A stretch of 64,000 nucleotides of DNA from an uncultured delta proteobacterium (GCA_963774705.1 CAVZFW010000002.1:283236-347235); one strand, 5' to 3'. Positions 52,848-63,502 are shown, counted from the first letter of the stretch. The notes: generated by a model from the letters alone, not told the origin. Translations and numbers: made by a program.

Positions 52848-53609
52848 TCAACGGGCGACCCAGCCGCCGTCGATCGCCATCGGATGTCCGGTCACGAACG
52901 ACGCCGCATCCGAGAGCAGCCAGAGCACGCCTTCGCCGATCTCTTCGGGCTTGCCCATCCGCCCGACCGGTTCGCCCGCGATGAAGTCCTGCTCGTTCAT
53001 CCCGCCGCTATCGATCATGCGCGCGACCATCGGCGTGTTGATCAGCCCGGGGCAGACGCAATTGACGCGAATGTTCTTTTGCGCAAACTCGAGCGCGGCG
53101 GTCCGCGTCAAACCGACCACGCCATGCTTCGAGGCGTTGTACGCGGAGAGGCCCTCGACGCCGACGAGTCCCGCACCGGAGGACGTATTGACGATCGCGC
53201 CGCCGCCTTGCTTGAGCATCTGCGGGATTTCGTACTTCATGCACAGCCACACGCCCTTCAAGTTAATCGCGATGATGCGATCGAAGTTCTCCTCGGTCGA
53301 AGCAACCGTATCCGCCATGCGTCCCTCGATGCCGGCGTTGTTGAAGGCGAGATCGATGCGTCCGTAGGTCTCGACGGTTTTGTTGACCATCGCCTCGACT
53401 TGCTTCGTGATCGCCACGTCGGCGTGGATAAAGGACGCCTCGCCGCCTTTTTCCTTGATCAACTTGACGGTTCGATCGCCGCCTTCGGGAACGTAATCGG
53501 CGATCATGACCTTAGCGCCTTCGCGCGCCAAGGCGAGTGCAGTCGCGCGGCCGATGCCTGATCCGCCGCCCGTTACGAGTGCGATTTTGCCCTGTACTTG
53601 TCCCGCCAT
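52848..53609 (-). CDS. SDR family oxidoreductase
   Basis: TGGGSGIG, FNNAG, YNASKHG, IRVNCVCPG, IDGG. Confidence 0.95.
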   Translation of the reverse strand: MAGQVQGKIALVTGGGSGIGRATALALAREGAKVMIADYVPEGGDRTVKLIKEKGGEASFIHADVAITKQVEAMVNKTVETYGRIDLAFNNAGIEGRMADTVASTEENFDRIIAINLKGVWLCMKYEIPQMLKQGGGAIVNTSSGAGLVGVEGLSAYNASKHGVVGLTRTAALEFAQKNIRVNCVCPGLINTPMVARMIDSGGMNEQDFIAGEPVGRMGKPEEIGEGVLWLLSDAASFVTGHPMAIDGGWVAR

Positions 53610-53781
53610 GATTGATTCCTCTTGAGCTTAAGCTGATTCCGATCCAACCGAGCTTGTCGTCTTTTATGTCCACCGTCGCACGACTTTTGCAAATGGCCGA
53701 TCGAAGTCGGCGATGCGCGGGCGTAAAAATGCGCGCCGGACGGAATCCGGCGCGCAAGTAGCGATCGTGATGCGGCAGGCG

Positions 53782-54285
53782 TTAGGACTTGAGGTTCATC
53801 TGCCCTTGTCCGGTTTTTGGATCGACCGGCACCGAAACGTGCGAATGAATGACTTTCCATTTGCCGCCGACCTTGTGGAAGACATCGGTCACCCGCAGCG
53901 TCGCCTCCTGCGCCTTGCCCTCCTTATCGGTAAAGGTGAAGTGCTGGATACTGCGAACCATCCCCATCTTGCCGTCGGTGACGACCACCATCTCGACAAA
54001 GTTACCCTTGACGTCCTTGGCATTACTGAAGAAGCCATCGAGGTCGCCATGGACGGCGGTCGCACCCTGGTACTGCAGCGGCCCCGAGAAATCGAAGAGG
54101 TCGATATCGTTCTGGTCGTAATACTTCATCACCTCGTCGGTGCTGGATGCGGAGATCAACTTGTTTTCGACATCTTTGAGCGCCGCTTCATCCTTGGCAT
54201 TGCCGGCGGCGTTGGCGCTGATGCTCAAGCCCAACAGCATGCCCACTCCCACGATAGCCCCGATAATAAGTCCCCATCTTTTCAT
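53782..54285 (-). CDS. Exported SnoaL/NTF2-like protein
   Basis: Signal peptide; RVTDVFHKVGGKWKVIHSHVSVPVD; GGAGG RBS. Confidence 0.85.
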   Translation of the reverse strand: MKRWGLIIGAIVGVGMLLGLSISANAAGNAKDEAALKDVENKLISASSTDEVMKYYDQNDIDLFDFSGPLQYQGATAVHGDLDGFFSNAKDVKGNFVEMVVVTDGKMGMVRSIQHFTFTDKEGKAQEATLRVTDVFHKVGGKWKVIHSHVSVPVDPKTGQGQMNLKS

Positions 54286-54586
54286 CTGACGTCTCCTCCC
54301 CGTTCAGGTTGTCCAAAGTTCCGGTCTAAAACGCGTCGGAGTGTAGCACAGGATTTTACAAATAGTATGAGTGAAACCCAGGGCTGCTCGCCCTCACGCA
54401 GCGGCTAGGCGAGCGCATCGCGCGAGGTGCCGGTGACGGAAGAGTGCGGCCGGGGACCCAGGAATGGGACGTTGAGCGTCGCTATGACGTTTACCGAGGG
54501 GCGTTGGGGGGCGCTTATTGGCCATTGCGAGCCGTGTTCGCCAAGTATATAGCTCTTAATTAGACAAAACCGTAAGCTGTGCACCG

Positions 54587-55984
54587 ATGGAGTACTACCA
54601 GTACTTTCGCCTGGACGGGCCACCCTTCCAACCGGCGTCGCCGCGCGGGGCGGTGTATCTCAGTCCGACGCATATGGAAGGTCTCGCCACGCTCGAAAAG
54701 GGCCTGACGAGCGACCTGAGCGGCCTGACCCTGCTGACCGGCGAGGCCGGCACTGGAAAAACCACGCTGATCTATTCGCTGCTGCAGCGCGACTACAAGC
54801 GGCTGCGAATCTCGCACATCGATGACCCCAAGCTTTCGTTCCTCGAAATGATGCAGGTCGTGATGTCGCAGCTGCAACTTTACGCGGCGGGCACGACGAA
54901 GCTGGATTATCTCAACGCTATCGACCATCTGCTCGACCTGCATGGCAAGGAAGAGCGGATTGCAATCATCGTCGATGAGTCGCAGGTGCTGAGCGATGAC
55001 GTCCTGGAGGACCTGCGGCTGCTGTCGAATCGCGGTCAGCGTGACGACCGCTGCCTGCAGCTCATCCTGGTGGGCCAGCCGGAACTCGCGGAGCGGCTGA
55101 AGAAACCCGAGCTGCGTCAACTGAATCAGCGAATTTCCTCGCGCGGAGTACTGCGGCCACTGAGCACGGCCGAAGGTTTGATGTACGTCGAGAGCAAGCT
55201 TGTCGCTCAGGGCGGCACGGTCTCGGGACTCTTCGAGCCGCGCGCGCTGCCCCATCTGCTGAAGAAGAGCGACGGCATCCCGCGCAAAATCAACATGCTC
55301 TGCCATACCGCGCTGAACGCGGCATTTTACGCGAACGAGCGAAAAGTCAGCGTCGCGACCGCGAAGAAGACCGCGCTCGAGTACCATGACTCGGTCGCGA
55401 TCGTGAAGCGGCGGCCGTCACGGATGAAGTGGCTCGTGATACCGCCGTTGGCGGCGGGCGCCGGGATCGCGGCGATGTTGCTATTGGGAGAGGTGCATCC
55501 GAACGGCGCATCGGAATGGGTTCGCGACCATACGATTGGTTTGGGCAAGGCCAGGACCGTCGAGCAGGCGGACGAGGAAGGACCGCTGGACTTCGGCGTG
55601 AAGCCGATCGAACGATCTGCAGGCGCACCGCAAACGGTCGAAGCGGGAAGGTCACCGAAGAACCCGATCGCGGGGCCGTTGAGGGTGCCGGGAATCCACA
55701 TCGATCCGACCGCTCCGGCGGCCGCGGCCGTCAGCGAAACGAATCAGTCGGGAACCTCCGCAGCCTCGCAGCAGCTGCGGCAGATTACGGTCAGGCAGGG
55801 CGATACCCTGGGGACGATCGCGATACGCTATTACGGATCGGAAGACGCCGTCAGCGAACTCATCACGGCTAACCCGCAACTGACCGACATCAACAGGTTG
55901 AGCGTCGGACAGACCATCAACCTGCCAGCCGGCTCGGCGCCAGGGGCCGTGCACCAGCAAGCGACCGCAGAATCGGTCGAGTAA
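54587..55984 (+). CDS. ExeA/GspA-like AAA ATPase with TM helix and C-terminal LysM
   Basis: GEAGTGKTT, IIVDESQ, LILVGQPEL, GIPRKINMLC, TVRQGDTLGTIA..YG..NP..LSVGQTINLP. Confidence 0.88.
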   Translation: MEYYQYFRLDGPPFQPASPRGAVYLSPTHMEGLATLEKGLTSDLSGLTLLTGEAGTGKTTLIYSLLQRDYKRLRISHIDDPKLSFLEMMQVVMSQLQLYAAGTTKLDYLNAIDHLLDLHGKEERIAIIVDESQVLSDDVLEDLRLLSNRGQRDDRCLQLILVGQPELAERLKKPELRQLNQRISSRGVLRPLSTAEGLMYVESKLVAQGGTVSGLFEPRALPHLLKKSDGIPRKINMLCHTALNAAFYANERKVSVATAKKTALEYHDSVAIVKRRPSRMKWLVIPPLAAGAGIAAMLLLGEVHPNGASEWVRDHTIGLGKARTVEQADEEGPLDFGVKPIERSAGAPQTVEAGRSPKNPIAGPLRVPGIHIDPTAPAAAAVSETNQSGTSAASQQLRQITVRQGDTLGTIAIRYYGSEDAVSELITANPQLTDINRLSVGQTINLPAGSAPGAVHQQATAESVE

Positions 55985-56034
55985 CGAGTTAAACCCGATT
56001 CTGAGTCGTCGCCCTCAATCACCTGTCACGATTG

Positions 56035-56436
56035 CTATTTGACTTGTTCCCAGCCTCCGGGAGAGTCGTCGCGCCGATCGGTGTCCCTGTCGTCGCGGGA
56101 ACGATCATTCGACGGGACGTCGTAGGTTCGAATCTCTTCCGTGTGCTGCGAACCGGAGGAATTTCCGGAACCTGAACCGGTCTGCCTTCCGAGGCTCGGC
56201 GCGCCTACCTTCGGCATCGAGGATGCTGCGCCGGCACTTTGCGCTGTGACCCCGCCATATTCGCCCATGGTCTGGGCGCTGGCCGCGCCGATGAAGCCTG
56301 GCGCGACGATCGTCAACGCGAGTGCGGCGCAGCTGGCGGCGGCCAGTAGCAACGGTCTCGCGAAAGAGAATCCCTGCCGGCGCACCGAACGGATACGGAG
56401 GCGAGCGAAGGCGTTTTCGACCGCTTGATGGTTCAT
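56035..56436 (-). CDS. Small secreted hypothetical protein
   Basis: Hydrophobic signal ending ASA-QTMGEYG, low-complexity tail. Confidence 0.55.
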   Translation of the reverse strand: MNHQAVENAFARLRIRSVRRQGFSFARPLLLAAASCAALALTIVAPGFIGAASAQTMGEYGGVTAQSAGAASSMPKVGAPSLGRQTGSGSGNSSGSQHTEEIRTYDVPSNDRSRDDRDTDRRDDSPGGWEQVK

Positions 56437-56902
56437 ATTGTCAGTGGATAGCGGGGGCGGCTGCAAAGTCAATACGCCGAGATTTGTGCTCGCGCAGCGA
56501 GCTAGCAACCCAGGCGACGACCGGGCAGCGCGCAAATGGGTGGCGAAGTTGGACACCCGCGGTGCCACCTGGGCATCGCAGAAGCAAAGGGAGCGACAGC
56601 TTAGAAACGAATGCGATGTGAAGGACTTGTTACAACATGTAGGTAAGGATTCCTGATCCTGGGGAATAAGGTGTCGTTCGGCCTATGGTGGGTATCCCGT
56701 TTCCGCCGAGGATTTCGCCGCTGGCAGTGCAGGCTGTCTGGAAGGCCGTGAGTAACAGGTCTCGACGAGATAGCTTATCCCGCGGTTCATCGAGCGGCGG
56801 TCGTCACGATCCGGTTGCTTACTGCCGGATTCGTCCTTGGGAACCATTGGCGGCGAGCGACGATTATCTAGTTGAGAACAGTCGGACTCGTGGTAGAACC
56901 AA

Positions 56903-58156
56903 ATGGAAGCGCACAACAGAGCAAGGCGCATCGCGCAACGAACGGCGCTAATGCTGTTCCTCTGGGCAGCGACGAATTCCACAGCACCCGTATCTGCGAC
57001 AGCGCAGTCGACACCTGAGCTTACCGGGGAGGTTTCGACTCCGATAAACGACTTCGGTCTGCGGTTGCTCCGGACGCTGACGGACGGGGCCGGCAAGAAC
57101 GTGATCGTATCGCCGCTTAGTGTCTCGCTTGCACTAGCGATGACCTACAACGGCGCGGCTGGTGGCACGAGGATCGAAATCGGAAAGACGCTCGGCGCCG
57201 CGTCGCTAACCGACGACGCCTACAACGGCAACAATCGAGCGCTGCTCCACAGTATCGAAACAGCCGACCCTGCAATCAAAATGGAGGTAGCAAACGCGGT
57301 GTGGACGCAAGCGGGTTTTGCGATCAATCCGGACTTTCTGAAGCTGAACCATGATTTTTATGACGCGCCGGTGGAAAGCCTAGATTTCGAGCGCGAGCCG
57401 CAAGGCGCAGTGGATAAGATCAACGCATGGGCTAACGATAAGACTCACGGGAAGATTCCCACGATCCTCAAAGAAGTCGAACCGAGAACTCGAATCGTCC
57501 TTACCGATGCGGTCTACTTCAAAGGCCGCTGGACATTTCCCTTCGACTCAAAAGAGACCGAACCGCGAATCTTTCATTTGTACGGTGGCGCATCAGTAAC
57601 CACGCCTATGATGGCCCAGACGGGCGAGTACTATTACTTCGAAAACAACCTCTATCAAGCGATTCGTCTACCCTATGGAAACATTAGATTCGCGATGTAC
57701 GTATTCCTTCCGCGCGAGGCTGGCGGCCTGCCGGACTTTCTGCGCACGCTCGACCAGCCGCATTGGAGCGAATGGAGTCGCAAACTGTTCAGCGCCAAAG
57801 GTCGGATCGTCCTGCCGAAGTTTGAATTAACGTACAGTCAACGGCTGGACGACGCACTTCAATCGATGGGGATGGCGATCGCGTTCAGCACCAATGCGGA
57901 TTTTTCGCGAATCCATCAACCACCACCGCCGCTCGAGATTACCGAGGTCGAGCACAAGACCTTCGTTAAGGTTGACGAGGAGGGCACCGAAGCCGCGGCG
58001 ACAACCGCCGTCGTCGGTGGCCTGATGATGGCCATGCGGCCGACGCCCACACCATTCGAGATGGTCGTGGACCATCCATTCTTCTGCGCCATTGCGGATA
58101 CTCAATCCGGCGCCTTGCTGTTCGCCGGCGTCGTGACCGATCCGAGCCAGCATTGA
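56903..58156 (+). CDS. Serpin (secreted)
   Basis: NVIVSPLS, INAWANDKTHGKI, AVYFKGRW, VLPKF, VDEEGTEAAATT hinge, VDHPF. Confidence 0.95.
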   Translation: MEAHNRARRIAQRTALMLFLWAATNSTAPVSATAQSTPELTGEVSTPINDFGLRLLRTLTDGAGKNVIVSPLSVSLALAMTYNGAAGGTRIEIGKTLGAASLTDDAYNGNNRALLHSIETADPAIKMEVANAVWTQAGFAINPDFLKLNHDFYDAPVESLDFEREPQGAVDKINAWANDKTHGKIPTILKEVEPRTRIVLTDAVYFKGRWTFPFDSKETEPRIFHLYGGASVTTPMMAQTGEYYYFENNLYQAIRLPYGNIRFAMYVFLPREAGGLPDFLRTLDQPHWSEWSRKLFSAKGRIVLPKFELTYSQRLDDALQSMGMAIAFSTNADFSRIHQPPPPLEITEVEHKTFVKVDEEGTEAAATTAVVGGLMMAMRPTPTPFEMVVDHPFFCAIADTQSGALLFAGVVTDPSQH

Positions 58157-58207
58157 AACACGGTGCGCGAAGCTGACTCCAGCACCTTAAGAATCCGCAA
58201 GGGCGGA

Positions 58208-59401
58208 TCATTCTTCGCCGAAGAAGCGGCGGCGGACGCGCTCGTCGTATGGCAGGTCGGGACCGCTCACGCCGTGATCGGGAAAACGATCCGGCTCTTG
58301 CGCGATCAGCGGTAAGGACCGCGCACGCCGCGCGTCGGCCTCGGCGCCTTGCTCGAAAAAGAAATCGAACTCCCAGTCCTCGACCGTCATGCAGGCCTTG
58401 AAGTAGCTATCGCGTGCCCGCGCGTACGCGTGACCCGCCGCATCCCAATCTTCCGAACCGAGCAGGCAGTCGGCGAGCACGCGGACGTCGCGCGCCGTCA
58501 TGCTGAGTCCCTGGCCCCAGGTCGGATCGCTTGCACCAGCCGCATCGCCCAGCAGGGCAAGGCCCTCACGATAAGGATGATCGACCCAATGTTCAGTCAT
58601 ATCGAAACTGGCGAGCGGCGCGACTGCGCGGGCCCCCGCATAGTTCTGCGCCGGCATCCCGGTGCGCACGCATCCCTCGATAAAGCGCGGAACGTCCCCT
58701 TCGCCTTGAATTCGCGCAACCCGCTCCGGCGCGTAGACGAGATACGCTCGCACGCGCCCGCCACCCTGAGGAAAGAGGAAGGCTTCCTGCTGGAGTGGCG
58801 GGTTGAAAACGATCACACCGGTGTCGTCGGGTACCTGCATCTCCTCGAACATTACGCCCGCGCCAAACAGGCGCTGTCTGCCGCGTTGGGATGCGAAGCC
58901 GCCCCAGCTACGGCCCATCGAGCTCTTGCCGTCCGCGCATACGACGATACGAGCGGTTAGTTCGCGGACGATGTTGTCGCCCTCGATCGTCACGACGGGC
59001 GGTTGCCCCGGTTTTACATTGCGCACGCTGACGCCGCGCCTTACTTCGGCACCCGCCTGGCGGGCGCTATCGAGTACCACCTCCTGCATCGCGGGATGGA
59101 AAAAATTCAATGCGGGGAGACCATGGGGCGTGGTCTCTCGATAGTCGCGCGGCGGGAGACCGATGACTTGGAAAAATGGCTGATCGTGCGCGCAAGCTTC
59201 GCGGAGACGATTATAGAGTCCGAGCCTCTGGATTTCCGCGACACCCCAAGGCGCCATCGTTTCGCCGCGGATACGGTCCTTGAACGTTACTTCGCGCTCG
59301 GCGACGAGTACGCGCAAGCCCTTGCCGGCGAGCACCGTGGCGAGGCCGGCACCGCCGAGTCCACCACCGACCGTGATCACGTCATAGTCATATTTTGCCA
59401 T
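58208..59401 (-). CDS. FAD-dependent monooxygenase/oxidoreductase
   Basis: TVGGGLGG, CADGKSS, LLGDAAG..DPTWGQGLS. Confidence 0.9.
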   Translation of the reverse strand: MAKYDYDVITVGGGLGGAGLATVLAGKGLRVLVAEREVTFKDRIRGETMAPWGVAEIQRLGLYNRLREACAHDQPFFQVIGLPPRDYRETTPHGLPALNFFHPAMQEVVLDSARQAGAEVRRGVSVRNVKPGQPPVVTIEGDNIVRELTARIVVCADGKSSMGRSWGGFASQRGRQRLFGAGVMFEEMQVPDDTGVIVFNPPLQQEAFLFPQGGGRVRAYLVYAPERVARIQGEGDVPRFIEGCVRTGMPAQNYAGARAVAPLASFDMTEHWVDHPYREGLALLGDAAGASDPTWGQGLSMTARDVRVLADCLLGSEDWDAAGHAYARARDSYFKACMTVEDWEFDFFFEQGAEADARRARSLPLIAQEPDRFPDHGVSGPDLPYDERVRRRFFGEE

Positions 59402-59582
59402 ATCCCGGCTCCTGCGCGCCGAACGCTCGCGCGAACGGAACTTATCCCACAATCTCAATTGCTAATCAAAAACGGTTGTTGACGATGCTACTCCGTTGAG
59501 TGCTTGCCCGCACGTCGAATCGGAAGAACCTATGGTTGACCTCGAAGTGATTGGATAGGTCGCGGTTTCTATCACGATTCAT

Positions 59583-59659
59583 TGGCGCGCCCGGAGGGAT
59601 TTGAACCCCCAACCCTCAGATCCGAAGTCTGATGCTCTGTCCAGTTGAGCTACGGGCGC
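59583..59659 (-). tRNA. tRNA-Arg, anticodon TCG
   Basis: GCGCCCG-TAGCTCAACTGGACAGAGC-A-TCAGA CT TCG GA TCTGA-GGGTT-GGGGGTTCAAATCCCTC-CGGGCGC-GCCA, 77 nt with encoded CCA. Confidence 0.95.
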
Positions 59660-59690
59660 AATCCAGTTAGTCGGGCTGCTACCTTGAAAT

Positions 59691-59725
59691 AGGCGGACCT
59701 CAGGTTACCTGAGGCCCGCCTTTAG
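59691..59725. terminator. Hairpin terminator downstream of the BVMO gene
   Basis: AGGCGGACCTCAGG-TTA-CCTGAGGCCCGCCT. Confidence 0.6.
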
Positions 59726-59745
59726 GTCATCGTGACAAGAGGTCG

Positions 59746-61511
59746 CTATGAGGTCAACGGCTGGTTGATGAACGCGAAGTGCGCGTCCATCCGCGCGCTA
59801 ACCTCCTTCAGATGTTTGCAGTAGCTGAAGAAGCCACCGTTATAGTTGCCGTCCTGACGACGCTGGAACTCGCCCTCGAAGTTGTAGTACCCCGGCGTGC
59901 ATTCCTGATTGAAACCGGTCTTGCCGCGATGCTCGATGACTTCCTGCACCCACCATTCCTCGGCCTTAGGGTTCGCGTCGAGCGACCTGATAGCCGTGGC
60001 TGCGCACATGGTTGATGCACGCGGCGATGTATTCGCCCTGCGCCTCGATGATGTCGGTGAAGTTGAACTGGAACGACGCCTGTAGGCCGCCCATCACGAA
60101 CATGTTGGGAAAGCCCTGCGAATGGATCCCCAGCAGCGTGCGCACGCCGTCCCGATGTTTATCACTTATAGCGAGCCCGCTCACTCCCTTGATCTCGTTG
60201 TAGGTGCCGGTCTTCTGCACTTCGAAGCCGGTCGCATAGATGAGCACGTCGACCTCGTAGTGCTTGCCCTCGAACACCGGCCCCTTCTCGGTGATCTCGG
60301 TGATGCCCTTACCATGGGTGTCGATCAGATGGACGTTAGGCCGGTTGAAGGTCGGCAGGTAGTCGTTGTGAAAGCACGGCCGCTTGCACATCAGCATGTA
60401 CCACGGCTTGAGCGCCTCGGCAGTAGCCTTATCCTTGACGATCTGATCGATGCGCTGATGGATCTTCATCATCGCTTCGATGTTCGAGTTTTCCTGCCGG
60501 CGGACCTTCTCCTCGGGCGACATCGCCGCATACCTCGCCTTCTGCTCCTCGCGACATCTGCGGTTCCATGCGCGCGCGTTCGCGCCGTTGCGACTGCCAT
60601 CCGGGACGCAGCTTGCGCGCCCAGTTCGGATCGGTCGGCCAGTCGTCGCGGATGTCGATCGACGACGGCGTGCGCTGGAACACATAGAGTTCCTTCGCCG
60701 CCGCGCCGAGTCCCGGCACCGCCTGCACTGCGGTCGCGCCGGTGCCGATGATGCCGACGACTTTGTCCTCCAGTCCCGACAGGTCGGGCTTGGTGTAGGC
60801 GTAGTCCCAGCGCGAGGTGTGAAACGAATGGCCCTTGAAGGTTTCGAGCCCTTTGATTTTCGCCAGCTTCGGCTTGGTCAGAATGCCGTTGGCGCAGATC
60901 ACGAAGCGCGCCTTCATGCGATCGCCGCGGTCGGTCGCGACGTGCCACATCTGCTCGCTCTCGTCCCACACCGTCGAGGTCACGGTGGTCTGGAAAGTAG
61001 CGAGTGCGTATAAATTGTACTTTCGGGCGATCGCCTGACAATGCGCGAAGATTTCGGGGCCGCCCGCGTAATGGTCGCGCGGCACGTAGTCGAGTTCGTC
61101 GAGCAGCGGCAGGTAGTCGTAGGAGACCACGTCGCACGCCACGCCGGGGTAGCGGTTCCAATACCAGGTGCCGCCGACGTCCGCGCCGCGTTCGACGATG
61201 CGGATGCTCTCGACGCCCACCTGCCGTAACCGCGCCGAGGTCAGCAGCGCCGAGAAGCCGCCACCGATGAACAGGCATTCGACCGTATCGTTGAGCGGCG
61301 CGCGCGGCTTGACCGCGTCGGCGTAGGTGTCCACCTCGTACTTCGCCAGCGCGCCGTTCAATTCCGAGGTGTATTGCGACAGACCGTTCGGCCGTTCTTT
61401 CAACCGCAGGTCGCGTTCCTCGGCGTACTTGCGCTTGACGTTGTCGTAGAAGTCCTGGGAGTGGGTGGGCTTCGCGGTCAGCCCGATCGGCTTATCCAGT
61501 TTTTCCGCCAT
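59746..61511 (-). CDS. Baeyer-Villiger monooxygenase (frameshift near 60560)
   Basis: GGGFSA, GGTWYWNRYPG, FKGHSFHTSRW (FxGxxxHxxxW), GTGATA, FQRTP, CKRPC, ATGF, CTPGYYNFEG. Confidence 0.93.
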
Positions 61512-61746
61512 GTAATTGCTCTCCGTGCTTTGTGGTCATTGCGATGCTTCGCGCCAGCAGTCAATGCCGAAAACCGGCCCGTAGAACGGATCGAACGAAC
61601 GGGCCATCAAACCCCCTTCAGAATCGCAGCTTGCCACGAAATCGACACGATTTTCCAGCACCGATGATTTGCGCAGGCGCCATCCCGAACCATCTCGCCG
61701 TTAATGGTGATCACGGCGATCGCTCGCCCACCGCCCGCCTATACTT

Positions 61747-62229
61747 TTATTTAACGGCGAGCTCCCACAGGCCCACCTTCGTCGCCATCGTAAAATAGTC
61801 GCGTGGGTCGGTAGATTGGTGGATATAGCTGGTCCCGTCCCACAGGTCGAGGTGGCCCGAAGCGTCGTCAAACTCGATGTCGAACGCGACGATGCCGTGC
61901 ATCCCTGCGAAACTCTGGCGCGTGATTTGTCCGCCAGCCGGCTGGACCTTCTCGATATTCGGCTCACCGAAAGTCGCCTCGAGCCATTTTTTGAGCTCGC
62001 GCATCCGGAACGCGTACCACAACCCGTCGGCTCCTGAGAGCACGCTAAGCCCCTCTTGGTGGATGGGGATATGCACGCCGGAATAGTTCAAAGCGCGGCT
62101 CATCCTGATCGCGCAGGTATTGGTTATCCAGTCGGCGTGAACCTTGCCGCCGATACTGCTTTTCACTTTTTCCGGATCGCCGTCCGGGTAATTACCGCGC
62201 AACGCGGCGAAATCGGGCAGAGTAGCCAT
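61747..62229 (-). CDS. Tae4-family peptidoglycan amidase
   Basis: NTCAIRMSRALNYSG (catalytic Cys), GIVAF, ASGHLDLWDG (catalytic His); AAGGGGG RBS. Confidence 0.85.
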   Translation of the reverse strand: MATLPDFAALRGNYPDGDPEKVKSSIGGKVHADWITNTCAIRMSRALNYSGVHIPIHQEGLSVLSGADGLWYAFRMRELKKWLEATFGEPNIEKVQPAGGQITRQSFAGMHGIVAFDIEFDDASGHLDLWDGTSYIHQSTDPRDYFTMATKVGLWELAVK

Positions 62230-62260
62230 GGTCAAATCCCCCCTTGTTGGATGGTCTACG

Positions 62261-62986
62261 TTAGCGCTTCTCTACTATGAAATAGGTGGCCGCCGAAACC
62301 GGCAGCCTTTCACCCTGAAGGACGTCCTCTTTGACGAATTGTTTTTCAGCCGCGGTCATCCGCGCGATCGGCAGTACCAGGATGTCCTCCGTCCCGCTGA
62401 CGCGCAGATTATAGCCCAGATCTCCGAACACCTTCGCGAGTTCAGGATAGGTCCGCCGCTCGTTCATCAGTCGCCGGACAAAACGGCCGATGGTCGTATC
62501 GCGAGGGCGCCCGGTTTTCGGGTTCCATCGTGGAGATTCGGCAGCGGCGGCCGCGAGCCTCGCGCCAATCTCGGGGAAGGCGCTGGTGGCAAACGAATAC
62601 CGCGCCTGTCGGCCATCGACTTCAAACGAACGCTCGAGCAGCGTTGCCAGCATCACTGATCGTAGCGCCGACGGAATCGAGGCGGCGTCAGAATCCTCAT
62701 GCGCGCGCATCACCACGTAGCGAAGCGAATTGCCGTTTTTGCCGAAGAACAATCGGCCGGTATTTTCGCCGCAGGAAATCTCGAAACGGGTGAACCCTTT
62801 CCAGATGCCCGCCGCTACCGTCTCGACCGCAATATTTCGCCGGTTGGCGTCGGACGGGGCGCATTCGACGCTATGCGGAGCATCGTTCGCAGCGGCCGGG
62901 TCCGTCAGGGTCTCCGACCATGACGGCGGCGCAAGGCATACTCCAACGACGACGCCGATCGCCGCGAGCCGGAGTTTCCGCCTCAT
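62261..62986 (-). CDS. Secreted hypothetical protein
   Basis: Signal peptide MRRKLRLAAIGVVVGVCLAPPSWS; between two PG-hydrolase-like genes. Confidence 0.75.
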   Translation of the reverse strand: MRRKLRLAAIGVVVGVCLAPPSWSETLTDPAAANDAPHSVECAPSDANRRNIAVETVAAGIWKGFTRFEISCGENTGRLFFGKNGNSLRYVVMRAHEDSDAASIPSALRSVMLATLLERSFEVDGRQARYSFATSAFPEIGARLAAAAAESPRWNPKTGRPRDTTIGRFVRRLMNERRTYPELAKVFGDLGYNLRVSGTEDILVLPIARMTAAEKQFVKEDVLQGERLPVSAATYFIVEKR

Positions 62987-63028
62987 CGTTGAATGCCGCT
63001 GCTTTCCAGGGCCGTAATCGCGCCGCGG

Positions 63029-63502
63029 TCAACTCGCCTGGGGTTTCGCGAAGTCGGCATGCCACCGCACCAGTCCGCCCTCCGCTTCGAGAAACTTCCG
63101 CAGGTTTGGCAGCGAGCGAATCGTCTTCTTGATCGCATCGCCGTTCGCAACCGGCTGGACATCGAACGCATGGCCGCAGAAGTGGAGCGAAACACGGGTC
63201 TTCTGGTCGTCGGACCAACCGCTCATGAGACCTTCCAAGCCGGCGGCAAGCGCCGCCTGGGTTCGCGCTTCGGGATGACCATCGATCCAGTGCTGCAACG
63301 CATCCCGTTCCGATGTTTCCACGTATGTTTGCGCGATCCATTTGCGGTTTTTCAGCACGTTGGCGGCCATCGCGGACGCTTGTTCCTCGGCTGTTCGGCG
63401 CCCGCTGGTGAACTGAACCTCGGGATGCGCCTTGAGCAGAAGCCGGGCCGCATCCGCCGCGAAATCGACCAGGTCGAGGTCATCGATAGACTGAGTCTTC
63501 AT
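63029..63502 (-). CDS. Peptidase M15/LAS-type Zn peptidase-like protein
   Basis: FTSGRRTAEEQ, SLHFCGHAFDV (SxHxxGxAxD), RWHADF; AAAGGGGG RBS before ATG 63502. Confidence 0.72.
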   Translation of the reverse strand: MKTQSIDDLDLVDFAADAARLLLKAHPEVQFTSGRRTAEEQASAMAANVLKNRKWIAQTYVETSERDALQHWIDGHPEARTQAALAAGLEGLMSGWSDDQKTRVSLHFCGHAFDVQPVANGDAIKKTIRSLPNLRKFLEAEGGLVRWHADFAKPQAS

